Shown: piece after piece, positions 12,821 to 27,053 of the stretch
How positions within the stretch are numbered: the stretch's first letter is position 1
Layout: every line of letters begins with the position of its first letter
NCBI GenBank assembly: GCA_951406725.2
Contig: OX597828.1
Span: 57,474,001 to 57,538,000, forward strand
Reading direction: 5' to 3'
Source: Octopus vulgaris
Lineage: Eukaryota
DNA length: 64,000 nucleotides
Notes under the pieces: generated by a model
The model's input: the letters and a program-made list of their open reading frames with translations, nothing else
Told to the model about the DNA's origin: nothing
Database searches by the model: none
Program-made: the position numbers and the translations under genes

Positions 12821-13494
12821 AGATGGAATTTCAATAACAATTTTCTTGGGAACCCACGTACGACTCTTGAAATCATGATACAATGCAAGGAAATAATTAA
12901 CGGCGAGAATGAAGCTATAGACGATCATGGTGAAGGTTTCTCGCCAGGCACGTCCGAAACAGCCCGCATCATGGGCAGTGGTCTGGCCTCGGATGGTCGT
13001 TGTGTCACAACAGATCACATACCCGGCGTGCGCAAAAATAGACATAAATGGCCGAAATAAGTACGATGCACTTATTGAATGGCATTGGCTTCAAAATTCT
13101 TCTTCTTAGAAGACCGTTTGTCTGGGGTATTATGTTCGTAAATAGTTTTTACCACCAGATCACTGGCATTTTTTCGACACATGCACCTGTACACATTTAC
13201 ATATACATATCTAACTACGTGTACACACGCACTCACACAGGCACGCGCACACTCTTACACACATACACACAGGTATACGCATGTACACACACATAACTAC
13301 ACACATGCTGTAGATAAAGAAGCGCGCATAAACATACTCATACAGAAGTCTACTCGCTCTGTCCATCATATTGAGTCACGTCAATTCCTCGCAAGTTACG
13401 TACTACCATTGTTCACAGCACCCAGTCAATGTAAGACCATTAAATTTATCCACATACATGATGTAGCTAAATATTTGTCGATATTTATAGACAT

Positions 13495-13745
13495 AGGCGT
13501 AGCTTTGCCACTAAAATGCTTAACTTTTAAGCACTTAGTACCAAAATACAGAATCTTCTTCAATATGCTTCACTTTAGTCTCGGCTCTATCAAGGCTTTG
13601 TGAGTGAATTTGGTAGAAGGTTATTGTTTGGAAACCTGTCTTGTATGTGTTTGTGTGTATGTGTGCGCGTGTGTGTGTTTTCACTTTGTCGCCTCCCCCA
13701 CCAATGTTTTGACAACTTGTTTCAGTTTGTTTAACTCTGTAATGT
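13495..13745 (+). mobile_element. Degenerate tRNA-derived SINE (family B)
   Basis: caaggctttgtgagtgaatttggtag...(TG)n...tgacaac..gtttgttt, similar to the copies at 54686 and 61995. Confidence 0.55.
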
Positions 13746-13749
13746 TTCT

Positions 13750-14050
13750 TTTTTTTATTTTGCGCCCTTTTCGAGCCTAACCAGGCTCATGGGCTCGGTT
13801 TCCCGGTTTCTATGGTGTATGTGTTCCCCCCAGCTGGACGGGACGCCAGTCCATCACAGCGTTACTCAGGAAACAGGAAGAAAGACTGAGAGAAAGTTGG
13901 GGCGAAAGAGTGCAACAGGGGTCGCCACCACCCCCTGCCATAGCCTCGTGGAGCTTTAGGTATTTTCGCTCAATAAACACACACAGCGCCCGGTCTGGAA
14001 TTCGAAACCGCGAGTTCGCTGCCCTAACCACTGCGCCATTGCACCTCCAC
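13750..14050 (-). mobile_element. tRNA-derived SINE (family C) with V/Meta-like central domain
   Basis: Head ggaggtgcaatggcgcagtggttagggcag..ggtttcgaattcc (A/B boxes); central ctgtgatggactggcgtcccgtccag; A-rich tail. Related to 35553-35740. Confidence 0.8.
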
Positions 14051-14289
14051 GATATAATGTGTACCAGACTTAAATAAATAAGCATAAACACAGACGTACC
14101 ACGAGCATGGTCGTTGGATTGTCACATTGTATATTGCAGAAATGTGCCCAACATCGTTGATCTGAGCATCAATCAATGTTAAATATGGCTGGTTCATAAA
14201 ATCGAGCAATGTATGTATGCAGTTCTACATTTAAGACATGAGGAATTATATACATTATTTACTTTATCATTATTATTAACATTTGACGC

Positions 14290-14325
14290 ATATTTGTCCT
14301 CATCAAACAAGATGAGGACAAATAT
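14290..14325. repeat. Perfect 15-bp hairpin inside a larger imperfect fold-back (~14250-14355)
   Basis: atatttgtcctcatc-aaacaa-gatgaggacaaatat. Confidence 0.85.
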
Positions 14326-17300
14326 CCACCAAATATAAATAATGTAAATAATGTAAATATATGTATGCTTCTACAGAATATAACATTTATGCTGACAGCG
14401 AAATGTATTTATCGATACGTATGAATAAATAAACACTGAACGTAAAGATACCACGAGTAGGATATATTGTGAATTTTAATACAACATATGCCCCATTACC
14501 TCTCTCGCATATTTGCATAAAAATAGATCTCAGTATATAACGGGATGTCACTATGCATCCGGAGTTTTTCAGAGACTAAATCTCAGACTTTATTGACAGT
14601 TGGAAACTTTTTGAAGACAATTCTTTGACATATACAATCGAATTGATAGAACGTAATGGCTTGTTTTTCACTTCAATACATATTTTAAAAAGCAAAAGTG
14701 AACAAATGCATTTGATATTATACAAAAGTTGCTATGATTGACCTTAGGACAAATTCAATTTTCAGAAAATACAATGTTTATGCCGACATCAGATAAACGA
14801 ATGGAATGCTTGTTTTCAAATAGTAGTCACGATATTTTTGTTGGAAAATGAATATTAAATTGAACTAAATGTACGCAGGAGTAACGTTTGGAAATTTAAT
14901 TTTAAAATATTTATTGTCATATTGCAAACTAATAAAGAAAACTTAATTTGTTCAAAATATTAATGATGTGTGTAATGTCTTTTGCAAAAAACAAAAATAG
15001 AATACATTGGTTGATGAATGTTTTATATGCATAATTGTAATTATGCATGTATCCAATGCAATAGATTTTATTTCACACAAGCCCTGCATTATGAATCTTG
15101 CAACGTCATCTAGGGAAATCAAAACAAAAGATTTTCTTTTCAAATAGATTGATCTAGCGATCTCAACTCACACGAGGTTTCGACCTCCGCTCTATAACAT
15201 AATAAAAGATGTCTCTATTATTGCAGTACACATACTGTTTGAATGTTGTAGTTTTCGTATATTGTATTTATTTTCTGTGAGATGGACTCACCCATTTCAA
15301 AGTTAAGAGTTTGGGCAACTGAGATAACGTATGCGGTACGGACAGACGACCTTTCAGTTACAATAATAAACCCTTTTATGACCAGCTATTATATATGAAA
15401 TGCAAGCTGGGTAGATATAAATTTACCAAGAATTCGTTGTTCTCTATCTCTTCGTCTCTCTCTTCCCCATCTCTCTCTTTCTCTCTCTCTCTCTCTACCA
15501 TACCGGGTTGGCTAAACGTCGCTAAGCTAACTGCACATTGTACTCTGGAGGTATTTATCTGGTATCTTCAAGCGGTGCACCAACGGCGCTTTTATACTTC
15601 GTAAACATTGGCCCGCACTGAGTTTGCTGTTTGATCTATTGAAAAGTAAACTAGAGAAGTGTGGTGTACAGAAACGACTTCACATATTCTTTTTCATAGC
15701 TTCAGTAAAGATTAGGGTCTACTGAATTAAACTCAATCATAAGCAATATATAGGATCAGATAAAATGCAGAGATTAAGAAACGGTTGGTTACAAGAACCT
15801 CTGCTTTATAAGCAACAGGTATTATTCTTACATGTAGGATTTTCTTACATGCACTATTAGATGGTTGCATGAACATACATCATTTCACGAACAGAAGAAT
15901 ATAACTGCATCTGTCTTTAGTCAGACTAAGCATTATTCTAATGATTGGTTTGAGGATCCCAGGTTTTACTTTGGAAATTCATGAGATACTATTGTACAGT
16001 TGAACATTGAATTGAGAAACGATTATAGCGATTGTAAATTATTTCTATGTAGTTGCATGTCTTTGTTAAGAAATTGCAATGTAGTAATTAATCTCAACAA
16101 AAAAATCTCGCGGAAGTGTTCACAATTCTATTTACAATGATCATTAAGAAATATTAGGTAAACATCGAAATAAAACGATCTGGTAGTTATTTTTGGAAGA
16201 AAAGTTTATTCATGCCAAGTATTATTCAAATAAACCCGTTTCTTAAAGAATTTATAAGACAAGGGACATGTTTTTTTTAAATTCCCAAATCAATGAAAAT
16301 GGTTAAAATACTTCAATTAGGTTTCCTAATTTTACAATATTCTTTAATACTTCTGGAACAGAAGATGTAACAAACATTATTCGTAATTTTATACAAAAAT
16401 ATTGACGAAGTATTTTCGCTTTGCATATTGGAATGATAATATAAAATATTATTACTAATGCTCAGAATTCATCATTTAGTTGAGTTCAGTCTATCAATTT
16501 CTTCATCTATCCTACTTCATATTTTAACTGTAAATTAACGTATTCATATATAGTAATACTTCACAATAATTTGTATTAGTTGGTCAGTCCATGAATAAGG
16601 GGGTAAATCCCATGACATTATTAATAATTCCTAGATAGATACTAAAATATATTGGTAGTGTTGCTAAAAAACAGAAGCAAAAATATATAATGTTTTTTTA
16701 ATTATTTTTTTATGTCGATTCGGAGACATTCTACAGCGTTAACTAAAATACCTTTTTCTGTTTTTTACCTTTTGAGTTAAATATTGCGTTTGATATGAAT
16801 CAACTATCCTTTCCTAAGGTTATGTCGCCATACGACTGCCTTTGGAAAGAAGTTTGAAGGTGCTATAATACATCGTAATGCATATGCAAGGAAACGAGAT
16901 GCAAATAAATGAAATGGCATCTGAAATGCATTTATCATATGGATCTCAGAACAACCTGCGTGTATGTTTGGGCATACACATGAGAGCATGTGTTTGAGTG
17001 TCTATTCATTTGCGTATGCCTCCATTCGTGCGAAGTTGAATGGTTATGTGCGTGTGATCGCACGCTTGAGTGAACGGGCAGCCTGCGAATAAATTTGATT
17101 TACAGAACAATTTACAAATAGACATGCTCGAGACTGTATATATAATACCGGATCAAGTTTGACCCAAATAACATAAAACCTCAAGACGGACAAATGTATT
17201 TCTCAATTTCAGACAGTTGCCTTTGTTGCTATTGTTATGTTTTCTTATGATTACATCGGCCCAAAAACCTTCTTGTTTACTTCCTTTCTTTCTACTGTGT

Positions 17301-17729
17301 ATAGGTGTGTTACGGAAGAAGGTTTCTTAGAATAAATAGTCCAAGATAAGAAATCTGATAGCCAAGACGTTTAATCAATATCCGTTAGCCCCACAGCTAA
17401 ACGTTAGATGGAGAGGGTGGAGCCAAGCTGCTCCTGTGGAGAAGGGGGTAAAATTTCACAGTGAAACGTAGTGAGGTCGGGAAAACAATTATTCATGCTA
17501 GCAAACAATTAGTGGACGTTTTAGGCTTCCTCGTTTGTTGTATTGTGTTTTTCATGCTAATTGTTTCTGGGAGGAGCGACTAATTTTCTTAAATTGTCCT
17601 TTGCTCATTATTAGGGTATGGGCTTTCACAGTGAACACCTTCTTGACTGGATGAATTTTACCCCAAGGTATTCTCTTGGCCACTAATCTTCAGTTGGTTT
17701 GTTAGGTCACTCTTTAGTACTGGTAAAAT

Positions 17730-18060
17730 GTAACCCAGTACAACCTGTCACATGGTCGGGTTTTCGGCGGCTAAACTGGCAACCCATTCAAGCTTGCTTG
17801 GTAAGGAGCGTGATTGTTGGACAACTTGCGGGATGAAAAATAAGACCCGTCAATGGGCGGAAGAACTACCGTCTAGTTAACGGCCAATTCAACAAGAACC
17901 TTGTAGCAGGGAAGTGCCTGTGTGCTCCAGTGACCCGGAAAGCTATGCTTGAGGGAGAGAAATGTTGAGGCAGGTCTTACTAGGCCAAATAGATCGAAGG
18001 GTAGGAGACAGACAAAACCTTAATCATTAGAAGAGTAAACCTCAATGACAATAAATCGAA
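17730..18060 (+). mobile_element. Probable RTE-clade LINE 5' UTR remnant
   Basis: GC-richer island with gacccgtcaatgggcggaagaac..aacggcc and tgtgtgctccagtgaccc..agctatgc..gaagggtag..cagacaaa, resembling RTE/Expander 5' UTRs as I recall them. No ORF. Confidence 0.4.
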
Positions 18061-19329
18061 GCGTCGGCAGCAGGGCATGGAATTCTTTATCGGACCTAAC
18101 AGATCAGATTCGTGGCTTTGAACTAACAGGGTGTCTTCAATACAAGACAATGGTTGAGACCCTAATATTTCTAGTTTGATGGAAACTGCGGAACCACATG
18201 GAGCAACGCCCTGTGACCTCTATAGTATGCACAAATGAAACCCCTATGGAAGGAGGTGTTCCGAGGGACGACCTAGATATATAGATGGTTTGTGAAATAA
18301 TTTAAGTCCGGTCTCTGAGTCGTCTCATGAAATTGATTGTTTTCTACATCGGTCTTTTGAGGTGTAATGTATTTGAAATGATTGGAATATTACTTGTGCA
18401 GGAATGACATTTATTGGCGGTCACTGTAAAAAAGTGTTTTTCTTCTTTCTTAACATTGCTCAGCTAAACGGATCCAACAATCATAACCCTTGATCTCAAT
18501 CAACATTGAAACGTTATATGAAAATGTAACCTCTGAAGAATACTTTTTACCCTCTAAATTATGAGAGAGTCCTCCATAACCAATTTGTTTCCCAAGAATT
18601 AGGTCAACCCTAGCTTACACAAAAACACACATGTCCAAGGTCATCAAGGTTGTTAAACAAACTACTCGATTAGACTAACTTTTATCGTTACTCTCTTTTT
18701 GACACACACGCGCAAAAACACCTAGAATGAAAGATCTTATCAATGCGTGCTCATAAACACGTATTGACGCAAATATTTTGATAGATATTACTCAAGCAAT
18801 AAACAAATAGATATTGTTTCAAAAATTGGAAGCCTTAAAGCGCAGAGTTTATCATTAAATACGGAGATGTAATTGCTTTCTTTTATGTGAAATGCCGTCA
18901 GAATTGCATATAAGTTACTGAATGACCAGAATGACCACAACGGCCAGAACATAATGAGTATTATCACTTAAGTTGAATGCATTTCACATCGTATTGTGCT
19001 AGAGCATAGAAACCATGTATCGAAATAACACTTCCTGCAACCTATTATGCCTTATCAATAGAATAATAAACTTATTTCACGACACCATTGTTCGAAGCAA
19101 ATCAGTATCTACAAAATAGTGATAATTATTACTGTTCTCTAATGCTAACAGCATCTCCAAATTCATTTCAACTAAGATATTAAAATAGAAAATGTGTGAA
19201 TATTTATTTTCCTGTTGAGAAATAATATTACAATTCCAAACATAATATGAGCTGTTGAGATACATATGAATACTTAATTTATGTAGTATTAAAAAGTTTA
19301 TATATAACAGCTGAAAACAGAACCCAAGG

Positions 19330-20490
19330 AAATATATGGTACCACGCGATAATTTGTCTACCTGGGCAACTCACTCAGACGTTCTTGCTCCCCGAATGAT
19401 GAAATATCTTTCAGGCTGCAGATAGCGACTTATTCCTCCTAGTCTGTTCAATCTCGTGTCTGGTCCCAGCATGGCATCTCAAGGCAAGCAAAAATTGCAA
19501 TTTTTGCTTGCCTTGAGTGTACAAACATTCCTCTTTTACTCATTTGAGACATAGACCCTTTACAAGCGTCATGTAAAAGCTTTTGAACGCTTCCATAAGA
19601 GATCGCTGAGACACATTCTGAATGTTGGCTGAACTTAATAACTCCAGACACACAGGTCTTGAGTATTGAAGCGATGGTGCACAAGCACCGATTACATTGG
19701 ACTAGACACATTGGAATGCATCATCATCATTGTTCGACCGTAGTCAAGACAATGGAATTTACTATGTTACACCACCTGTATCCCTGAAGATTACATAAGG
19801 GTAGGAGAGTGTGCGCCCTCTGGTATCGCGAGCAGCTGGCTTCCAGAAGAGAAGAGTAGAAATTACCTCGTTTTCAGCTCTACAACAATGTCCAACAAAC
19901 TGGACTCCGACCTTTCACAAGAGATGATACAGGTAGTAGTTTCCCATATATTTGTACTTTGGTTGGATGACGCTTCCACGAGAGATTTTGAGCCCTCATA
20001 AGGAGGCGAGTGTAAGATCCATCCAACCGCATCTCAAGCTTCTTTGATTGAATGAAGGAAAACTGGATCCCTAAACAGATGCTGTATGGGGAACTTGTTA
20101 GTAGAAAGAGACTCCGGCAGAAACAAAGGCTGTGATTTAAGGAATGTGTCAAGTCCTCATTAAATGCCTGTAACATGCAGAATTTCGACTGGGAGAGCAA
20201 TGCATATCATCAACACAGATAAAGGAAGTAAGTTAAGGAGGGGGTGGACACCTACGAAAAAGCACATATTCTTCTTGAAGAATTCCAGCACTCTGCTCGA
20301 AAATACGCTGTTAGTGGAGTGAGTGGTGAAAGCTTGGTTTGCAATGTTTGCATTTGCGTATGCCTGTCAAGAGCAGGGCTCATTAGCCACCAACGGAGCC
20401 TCAAATGCAAAATTCTAAGTCAGTCCGAGAGCGCACAATGTTGCTAAAGGAGAGGAATTGTCTTCCTCGATCACGAGTGGACGGCCATCA
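19330..20490 (+). mobile_element. RTE-BovB-like LINE 3' portion, split by a nested RTE insertion
   Basis: ET*TLYKRHVKAFERFHKRSLRHIL..SIEAMVHKHRLHW..HIG | MKENWIPKQMLYGEL..FKECVKSSL..WE..CNVCICVCLSRAGLISHQRS (C-terminal zinc finger); tail ...ggacggccatcat. Confidence 0.85.
19719..20048 (-). mobile_element. 5'-truncated RTE-type LINE nested in the BovB-like copy
   Basis: KKLEMRLDGSYTRLLMRAQNLSWKRHPTKVQIYGKL..QFVGHCCR; (TGA)n tail; flanked by GAATG at 19714-18 and 20050-54. Confidence 0.85.
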
Positions 20491-20494
20491 TATG

Positions 20495-20529
<35 letters not shown>

Positions 20530-20539
<10 letters not shown>

Positions 20540-21400
20540 TAATAAAACATATGCATATATACATACATATATGTACGTACCTACCTCTACATGTATATAT
20601 ACATGCATATATGGGTACAGGACACCAAAAAACGTCGAACACAATGAGAAACGAAAACTTAAACACAAAACCAAGGAAATGGACATTTTTCTTAAACAAC
20701 GAAAAGATAGAGTACAGGACAAATAACACAAGGAAAATTCCCCTTCTTCAGTCGCCATGATTTCATCTACTCTGCGTTTCGAAGATGAAGGCGATACGCA
20801 TCTTCGATAGAAATTTTCCTTCCCGCGAAAAGCAAATTAAATCAAATTTGAGATCTTTTTGCGGAGGGGTAAATATGGTAACAAAAACAGGACAGTAACG
20901 ACAGTACAAAATATAAACAGTAAAAGACAGGACAAGGAGAATAACAAGACAAGAAGGGCTGTTAAGCCGAAAGAGATAAAGTGTTACGAACGCTATTTTT
21001 TAGAACGGCGAAGGAGCAACAGAAAATGCCGTCTACACTTCCAGAACGCCAGGCCAGAAAGGCAGTAGCAGAGCTCTCGTCGCGGGTCAACGACGGGAGG
21101 GAGAAGGAGGAGCAAGAGAAAGGGAAAGAAAAAAAGGGAATGGTTGTGAGGAAACCAGAAAGGATGAGAGAGAGGGAGAGACAGTAAGGTAGAAGAAAAG
21201 GAAATCAGAAAGAATGAAGGCTGAGAAAGGGAGGGGAGAGAAAGGTTAAGAGTGTGCATCATTATTAATATCAAGAACAATCTTACTTAGAAATTGATGC
21301 GTGCGTTCCTTCATATAATAAATTAATAAATAAAACATATGCATATATACATACATATATGTACGTACTTACCTCTACATGTATATATACATGTATATAT
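20530..21400 (-). mobile_element. PLE-like non-coding fragment with ~75-bp direct terminal repeats in TA-rich DNA
   Basis: aattaataaa..acatatgcatatatacatacatatatgtacgtac.tacctctacatgtatatatacatg occurs at ~20537 and ~21320; degenerate hammerhead-like motif at 20760-20814. Confidence 0.5.
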
Positions 21401-21481
21401 ATATATATATATATACACACACGTGTGTGTGTGTGTGTGTGTATGCATGTATATATGTGTATATATATATATATATATCCG

Positions 21482-21610
21482 ATCACACTGCTTTGGACGG
21501 CCCGAGGTTATAATAGAAGGTACATTCCCAAAATGTCATGTAGTGGGACTGAAACCGGAAGCATGTGGTTGGGAAGCAACTTTTAACCAAACTTCTACGT
21601 CTACGCCTGT
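21482..21610 (-). mobile_element. SINE family B head fragment
   Basis: Similar to 62200-62333. Confidence 0.65.
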
Positions 21611-21799
21611 ATGTTTGTGTATGTGACATGCTGAAATCCTCTTCGCTTCGAAGGTCTTTAAAATAAAGATCAAGACGAAATTACAACTGCATAAAAAGTT
21701 ATGTTAATGAGAAATAATCAACCATTCTCCAGAGTAAGTAAAACATTGGAATAATCTGTTTTTACTGGAGAGAAGAGGACAATTAACTTCATATATTCT

Positions 21800-22352
21800 T
21801 TTCTACTCTAGGCACAAGGCCCAACATTTTGGGGGAGGGGGCCAGTCGATTAGATCGACCCCAGTGCGCAACTGGTACTTTATTTATCTACCCCGAAATG
21901 ATGAAAGGCAAAGCGACCTCGGCGGAATTTAAACGCAGAACGTAAAGACAGACGAAATACCTATTTCTTTACTACCCACAAGTGGCTAATCACAGAGGGG
22001 ACGAACAAGGACAGACAAACGGATTAAGTCGATTATATCGACCCCAGTGCATAACTGGTAATTATTTAATCGATCTAGAAAGGACGAAAGTCAAAGTCCA
22101 CCGAGGCTGAATTTGAACTCAAAACGTAGCGGCAGACGAAATACCTAAACACGGAGAGGACAAACAAGGGTAGACAAACGGATTAAGTCGATTATGTCGA
22201 CTCTAGTGCGTAACTGGTACTTAATTTATCGTCCCCGAAAGGATGAAAGGCAAAGTCGACCTCGGCGGAATTTGAACTCAGAACGTAGCGACAGACGAAA
22301 TACCGCTAAGCATTTCTCACGGCGTGCTAACGTTTCTGCTGCTCACCGCCTT
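21800..22352 (-). mobile_element. tRNA-derived SINE (family A, Nin/Deu-like domain) with three internally tandem units
   Basis: Repeated gaccccagtgcg.aactggta...gaaaggatgaaaggcaaagtcgacctcggcggaatttgaactc; the reverse complement carries B box gagttcaaattcc and gcctttcatcctttcgggg.cgataaa. Confidence 0.9.
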
Positions 22353-23414
22353 CAAATAGCTTCATATATTAACAGAGGAGATAATATACAAACATGCATA
22401 TATATACATAAACACAGACACAAATACATACACACACACATGCACATACACACGTACGCTCAAATACGCACATATATTCATAGAATTCGTTGTTTTGCAT
22501 GTAAAGGAAGTTGTTGCTCTACATCATCTTCTTCAGGCACTAATGCATACTAACGGTACGTCTATAAGTGTCTATGCGCGAGTGCGTGTGAGTGAGTGCG
22601 TGTCTATGTATGTGTGTGTGTGTGTGTGTGTTTGTCTTGTGTGAATAATCTCGTCTCTTTGTTTGCGAAACTAGATTTTCCAATCTGTCTTTTCCTAATG
22701 TAAAAATATCTGTTGTGATATGATGGGAATTTAGCTGCTAAATCCATCTTATCGGGTACGGGTGCACAATCTTTCTGTAGTCGAGTCGAACTAAAATTTC
22801 TAGTTGGCATGTAGTCCCGGATCTATTCAGCTAAAATGCTTTATATGATGGCGTTTCCAGTCAGGATATTCTCGCTGTATGTAAGAAACTATAATGTTCA
22901 GTATTGTGTTAATTTAAGAGTGATTTGTGTGAGTTTGCGGGGTGGTGGAGGAGGCTAACTTTGGTGTTGTAAAGCGGTCTTTTGCCGATGTTGTATCTGT
23001 CTTTTGACGACGGTTGTCGCTCTAACAGATATTGTGTATATTCCGAAGTCGTCGATAGAATGGTTCTATCTGGCACTGTTCGACTGCCAGTCATACAATG
23101 TAATTATCCTCAAATGGTTGGAACGATATACTGTCCTCTAAATATCATAGTATAATTACTATATCTGCACAGACACGACTATCAACCCAGTTTACGCGTA
23201 CTCTCGACCTTCCTGACCTTCTCCTGTCAACCGGCTACTGATCTGTTTATAATGGCAGGCTACTACCACTTTTTTACTGGGAGGGATGTACAGTTTTATT
23301 ATACAATAGTTAGCATGGTCGACTACGATAGTTTATAAAGCAACTATGTCTTAGGGGAAAGAATTTGGGTGTTAACAATCATGTTTCGAAATTATAATAC
23401 ATTTATTCTCTTGT

Positions 23415-23900
23415 TTTAGATACTTCCATGCGCACCACATGGCCAGTTGCACCTTGATAAGGAAACTCTCAATGCCTAGAATATCTTGCAAGATGTGATA
23501 TTCTTGGCCTATAGAGTCCCTTAATGTGGACCTGAGATTTTTTGGTTATGTCGTACGCATGGAAAACAACCACCTACCTAAAACGTTCTCTGGTTAGGTT
23601 GGTTCCAGGATCCATTATGCAGACCCTCTAATGATCTGCTTCAAAAACTGTCTGATAAACCTCAGGAATCAGAGTACTGAACAGAGTCCAATTGAGAAAC
23701 TCCTGCTACCAAATTTTCTCCGATATCAAGGAGGCCAGTATCAATATCCTGGGTGAGAAATAACCTCAGCTAAAAGCCAGGTTAGATGTACCCCTAAAGT
23801 GACGGAGACCACTTCTACAACGTTTGCAACCGGGTTCGCAAATCCCTGAATCGCCACGTGAGATGACCAGGCAAAACATCTGAGAATAGGGTATAGTTGT
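23415..23900 (+). mobile_element. Highly decayed RTE-type RT C-terminal fragment
   Basis: LRFFGYVVRMENNHLPK resembles the RTE motif LRWxGHVxRMxxxRLPK. Confidence 0.5.
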
Positions 23901-24209
23901 AACTTATTGAATGTTCAAATACCGAAGCGATGAGCGATTCCAGCAAATATTTAATTAAAAAAGAAGTTGTATAAAAATGCAGCAAATTTATTACTTGCCA
24001 CCAGATTCTCCAGTGACGCATTCCAAAAATTTCTTCCTGTGTTTTCCAATGATAAACTAGCTGACGCAGTCATCCTTCATTTTACCACATATTGATATCG
24101 GAGTCGATTATAATGATAAATATTTGTACCCCACAAGGTTAATTCTTTTCGTTCCTCAAACATTTTCACCAAGAGACTTCATCTTAAATTGTGCATTTTA
24201 AATTGTATC

Positions 24210-24281
<72 letters not shown>

Positions 24282-26079
24282 TAACTGTAGAATTTAATAA
24301 TGATCATCTCACTGTAACTTAATATGTGTCTATTTCATAAATCGACATCATTATCCTCACAAGTTTGTAAAATTATTTACGAACTTCTCGACTGATTCAC
24401 TTTATGTGAATTACTGAAGTTAATTATGATACATTTTATCACGTTTTGCTGGTAGCATGCAAAAATTGAGAAATACAAATGTTTTAAAGAACAATATTTT
24501 TTTATAATATTCAAAAGTACTCGGTAATTTGAAATGAAAATATTCGTTTAAAACCATGGTTTGGGCAAAATTTGATTACGTTCCCACAAGTGTCATATTG
24601 CCTTCGTATAATTAGTTGTTTCATGACTCATTACACTCATTAACGTTGTAGAATATTACATTGCCTGCTTCGTTTTAATGTCTAAGTTATCCGTGAGTCA
24701 TTGAATAGCACGGAGGCAGCAGGTACAACTAACTTACTGTGTGAGGTATTGCCGTTAATTTTGTTGCCAGATGGCCAAAAGACAAATATATTTGCATCAT
24801 TATATAACAGTTCGTGACTATTAAAGTGACAGACTGCGAAAGTATTGTAGGGTTTACTGAAAAAAATGCAATTATGTAATAATATTCAAAAGAAAAACAT
24901 AATCATTTTAGATAAGGTTATCTTACGGAGCACACACGTGGGAGTGTCTAAGCGGGTACACGTTCAACTAGATATAGCAGCTTAATGACTTTTAATCCCA
25001 CAACCAGCCTAAAGATATATTAAAAGACAGTATAGTCGTAACTGGAATATTTTCAAGTCACTTCAATCACAAATGACCACCTGCTAAACTACGCCACTTT
25101 CACCTGCTCTGTTATACATCAAAATATATTTATACACACACATGTATATTTATCATTATCCGAGTATAGATCTGTAGTCAGTGACTGAGCCTCTTCATAT
25201 TGATAGATGCACAGGATACCAATGCCTCAAATGGCTGTGCAGGCCTAAAACGGAATAATAGAGCTAGGAGCACATGTCGTTCGTGGAGAACGGGAAAATG
25301 CGAGCCGCTCGTTGGATCGTCGACGTCTCTTCTTTGCCTCTCAACGTTTGCTATTTTTCATCAGGTCTGTTCCCCCTACGATGATATACCACCACTTTGA
25401 CGAGAAGAGAGATATACTGTCGTCTTATTTTCTAAGCTATTGCAGTCAATAACATCGTGTGCCAACGGTGCCTCTATTTGTCCACCCACTTGAATCACAC
25501 ATAAAAATCAAGGCACCTTCAGTAATTACTCTTGGATGTGTTATGTCAAACACACAAAGGTCTTGTTTACAACGATTTTATCAAGAACAGTTACTAAAAT
25601 AGTATACAAAAGTATCGAGGAAGTTCTACTTTTTTTTTACTCGACCTCTTATAAATACTAAGCAAAACTTCCTCACGTGATATTCTATACTTACAGGAAA
25701 AGAAGGAGACATTGGACAATACATATCTGCTAGATTAAGAATTACTTGGGGACAAACAACAAGAAAACCTAATTAGAAAATACACCTAGACGAAATCTTT
25801 ATATAAGGGAGATATCTAGTTTTCATTTAGATATCCATCATAAAGCATACATACTGAAATGTCTTTCTCAACGATGTTTCCTTGCTTACTCTGTTATTTT
25901 TGTTCACACTTTAGACCGAGTAGAATGAGGCCATGCTGGGCTACATTCCCAAAATCAGTAAAGTAATAATACTGCGATATATTTGACTATGATGTTTACT
26001 ATCATATGTTAAATGACTATGCTACATAAAAGCCTTCTTTCTTTAGTTCACCAATTCTTTCTGCCCTCAATTATTCTTT

Positions 26080-27053
26080 CTACTAGCGACACAAGGCCTG
26101 GGATTTGGGTGTGAAATGGATCGAAGATTACATCGAATCTGATATTTAACTTATTTCATCGGCTCTGAAAAGAAAAAAAGAAAAATCAACCTGAAGGTAT
26201 TCGAACATAGAGTCTAAAACCAAAAGAAACACCGCAAAATATTTTGTCCGTCGTGTTAGGTCTTGATTTCAAATTTTGGCAAAAGAAACCAACAATTTCT
26301 AGGAAAAGTGCTAAGTCGCGTACATCGACCCCAGTTCTCAACTGGTTTTCATTTTAAAGATGAAAGACAAAGTCGACCTTGTTTGAATTGGATCTCAGAA
26401 CATAAAGTCGAATGAAATGCCCTTAAGCAATTTCTCCAGCGGGTTAAAGATTCGGCCAGCTCACCACCGTTCACTCTCTGAAATTATTGGTCACAAATGT
26501 GGGCACAAGACAAACAATTTGCGGAAGGGGAAAGTAAATATCATTGACCCCAGTTTAAGCTGGCACTTATGAAATGCTGAACAATGAAAGGCATAGTCGA
26601 TCACGATAGAATTTGAACTCAGAACGTAAATAATTTTGCCGGACATGCTACGATTCTTTTATACTCTAGGCACAAGACCCACATTTTTTCTGACGGGGCC
26701 AGTCGATTGGATCGACACCAGTACGTAACTGTTACTTAATTTATCGACCCCGAAAGGATGAAAGGTAAAGTCGACCTCCACAGAATTTGAACACAGAATG
26801 TTAACGGCAGACGAAATACCTATTTCTTTATTACCCACAAGGGACTAAACATAGAGGGGACAAACATGGACAGACATAGGTATTAAGTCGATTACATCGA
26901 CCCCAGTGCGTAACTAGTACTTAATTTATCGACCCCGAAAGGATGAAAGGCAAAGTCGACCTCGGCGGAATTTGAACTCACAACGTAACAGCAGCCGAAA
27001 TACCGCTAGGCATTTCTCCTGGCGTGCTAACAATTCTGCCAGCTCACTGCCTT
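26080..27053 (-). mobile_element. Cluster of family A SINEs: old degenerate copies plus a younger tandem copy at 26660-27053
   Basis: Repeated cacaagg..tcgaccccagt..gatgaaag.caaagtcgacc..tttgaactc motifs. Confidence 0.85.

Noticed and set aside
12182-13045. Longest ORF (287 aa, minus strand)
   Set aside because: Antisense read-through of R4/Dong fragments and (TAA)/(GAA) tracts; the meaningful frame is on the + strand.
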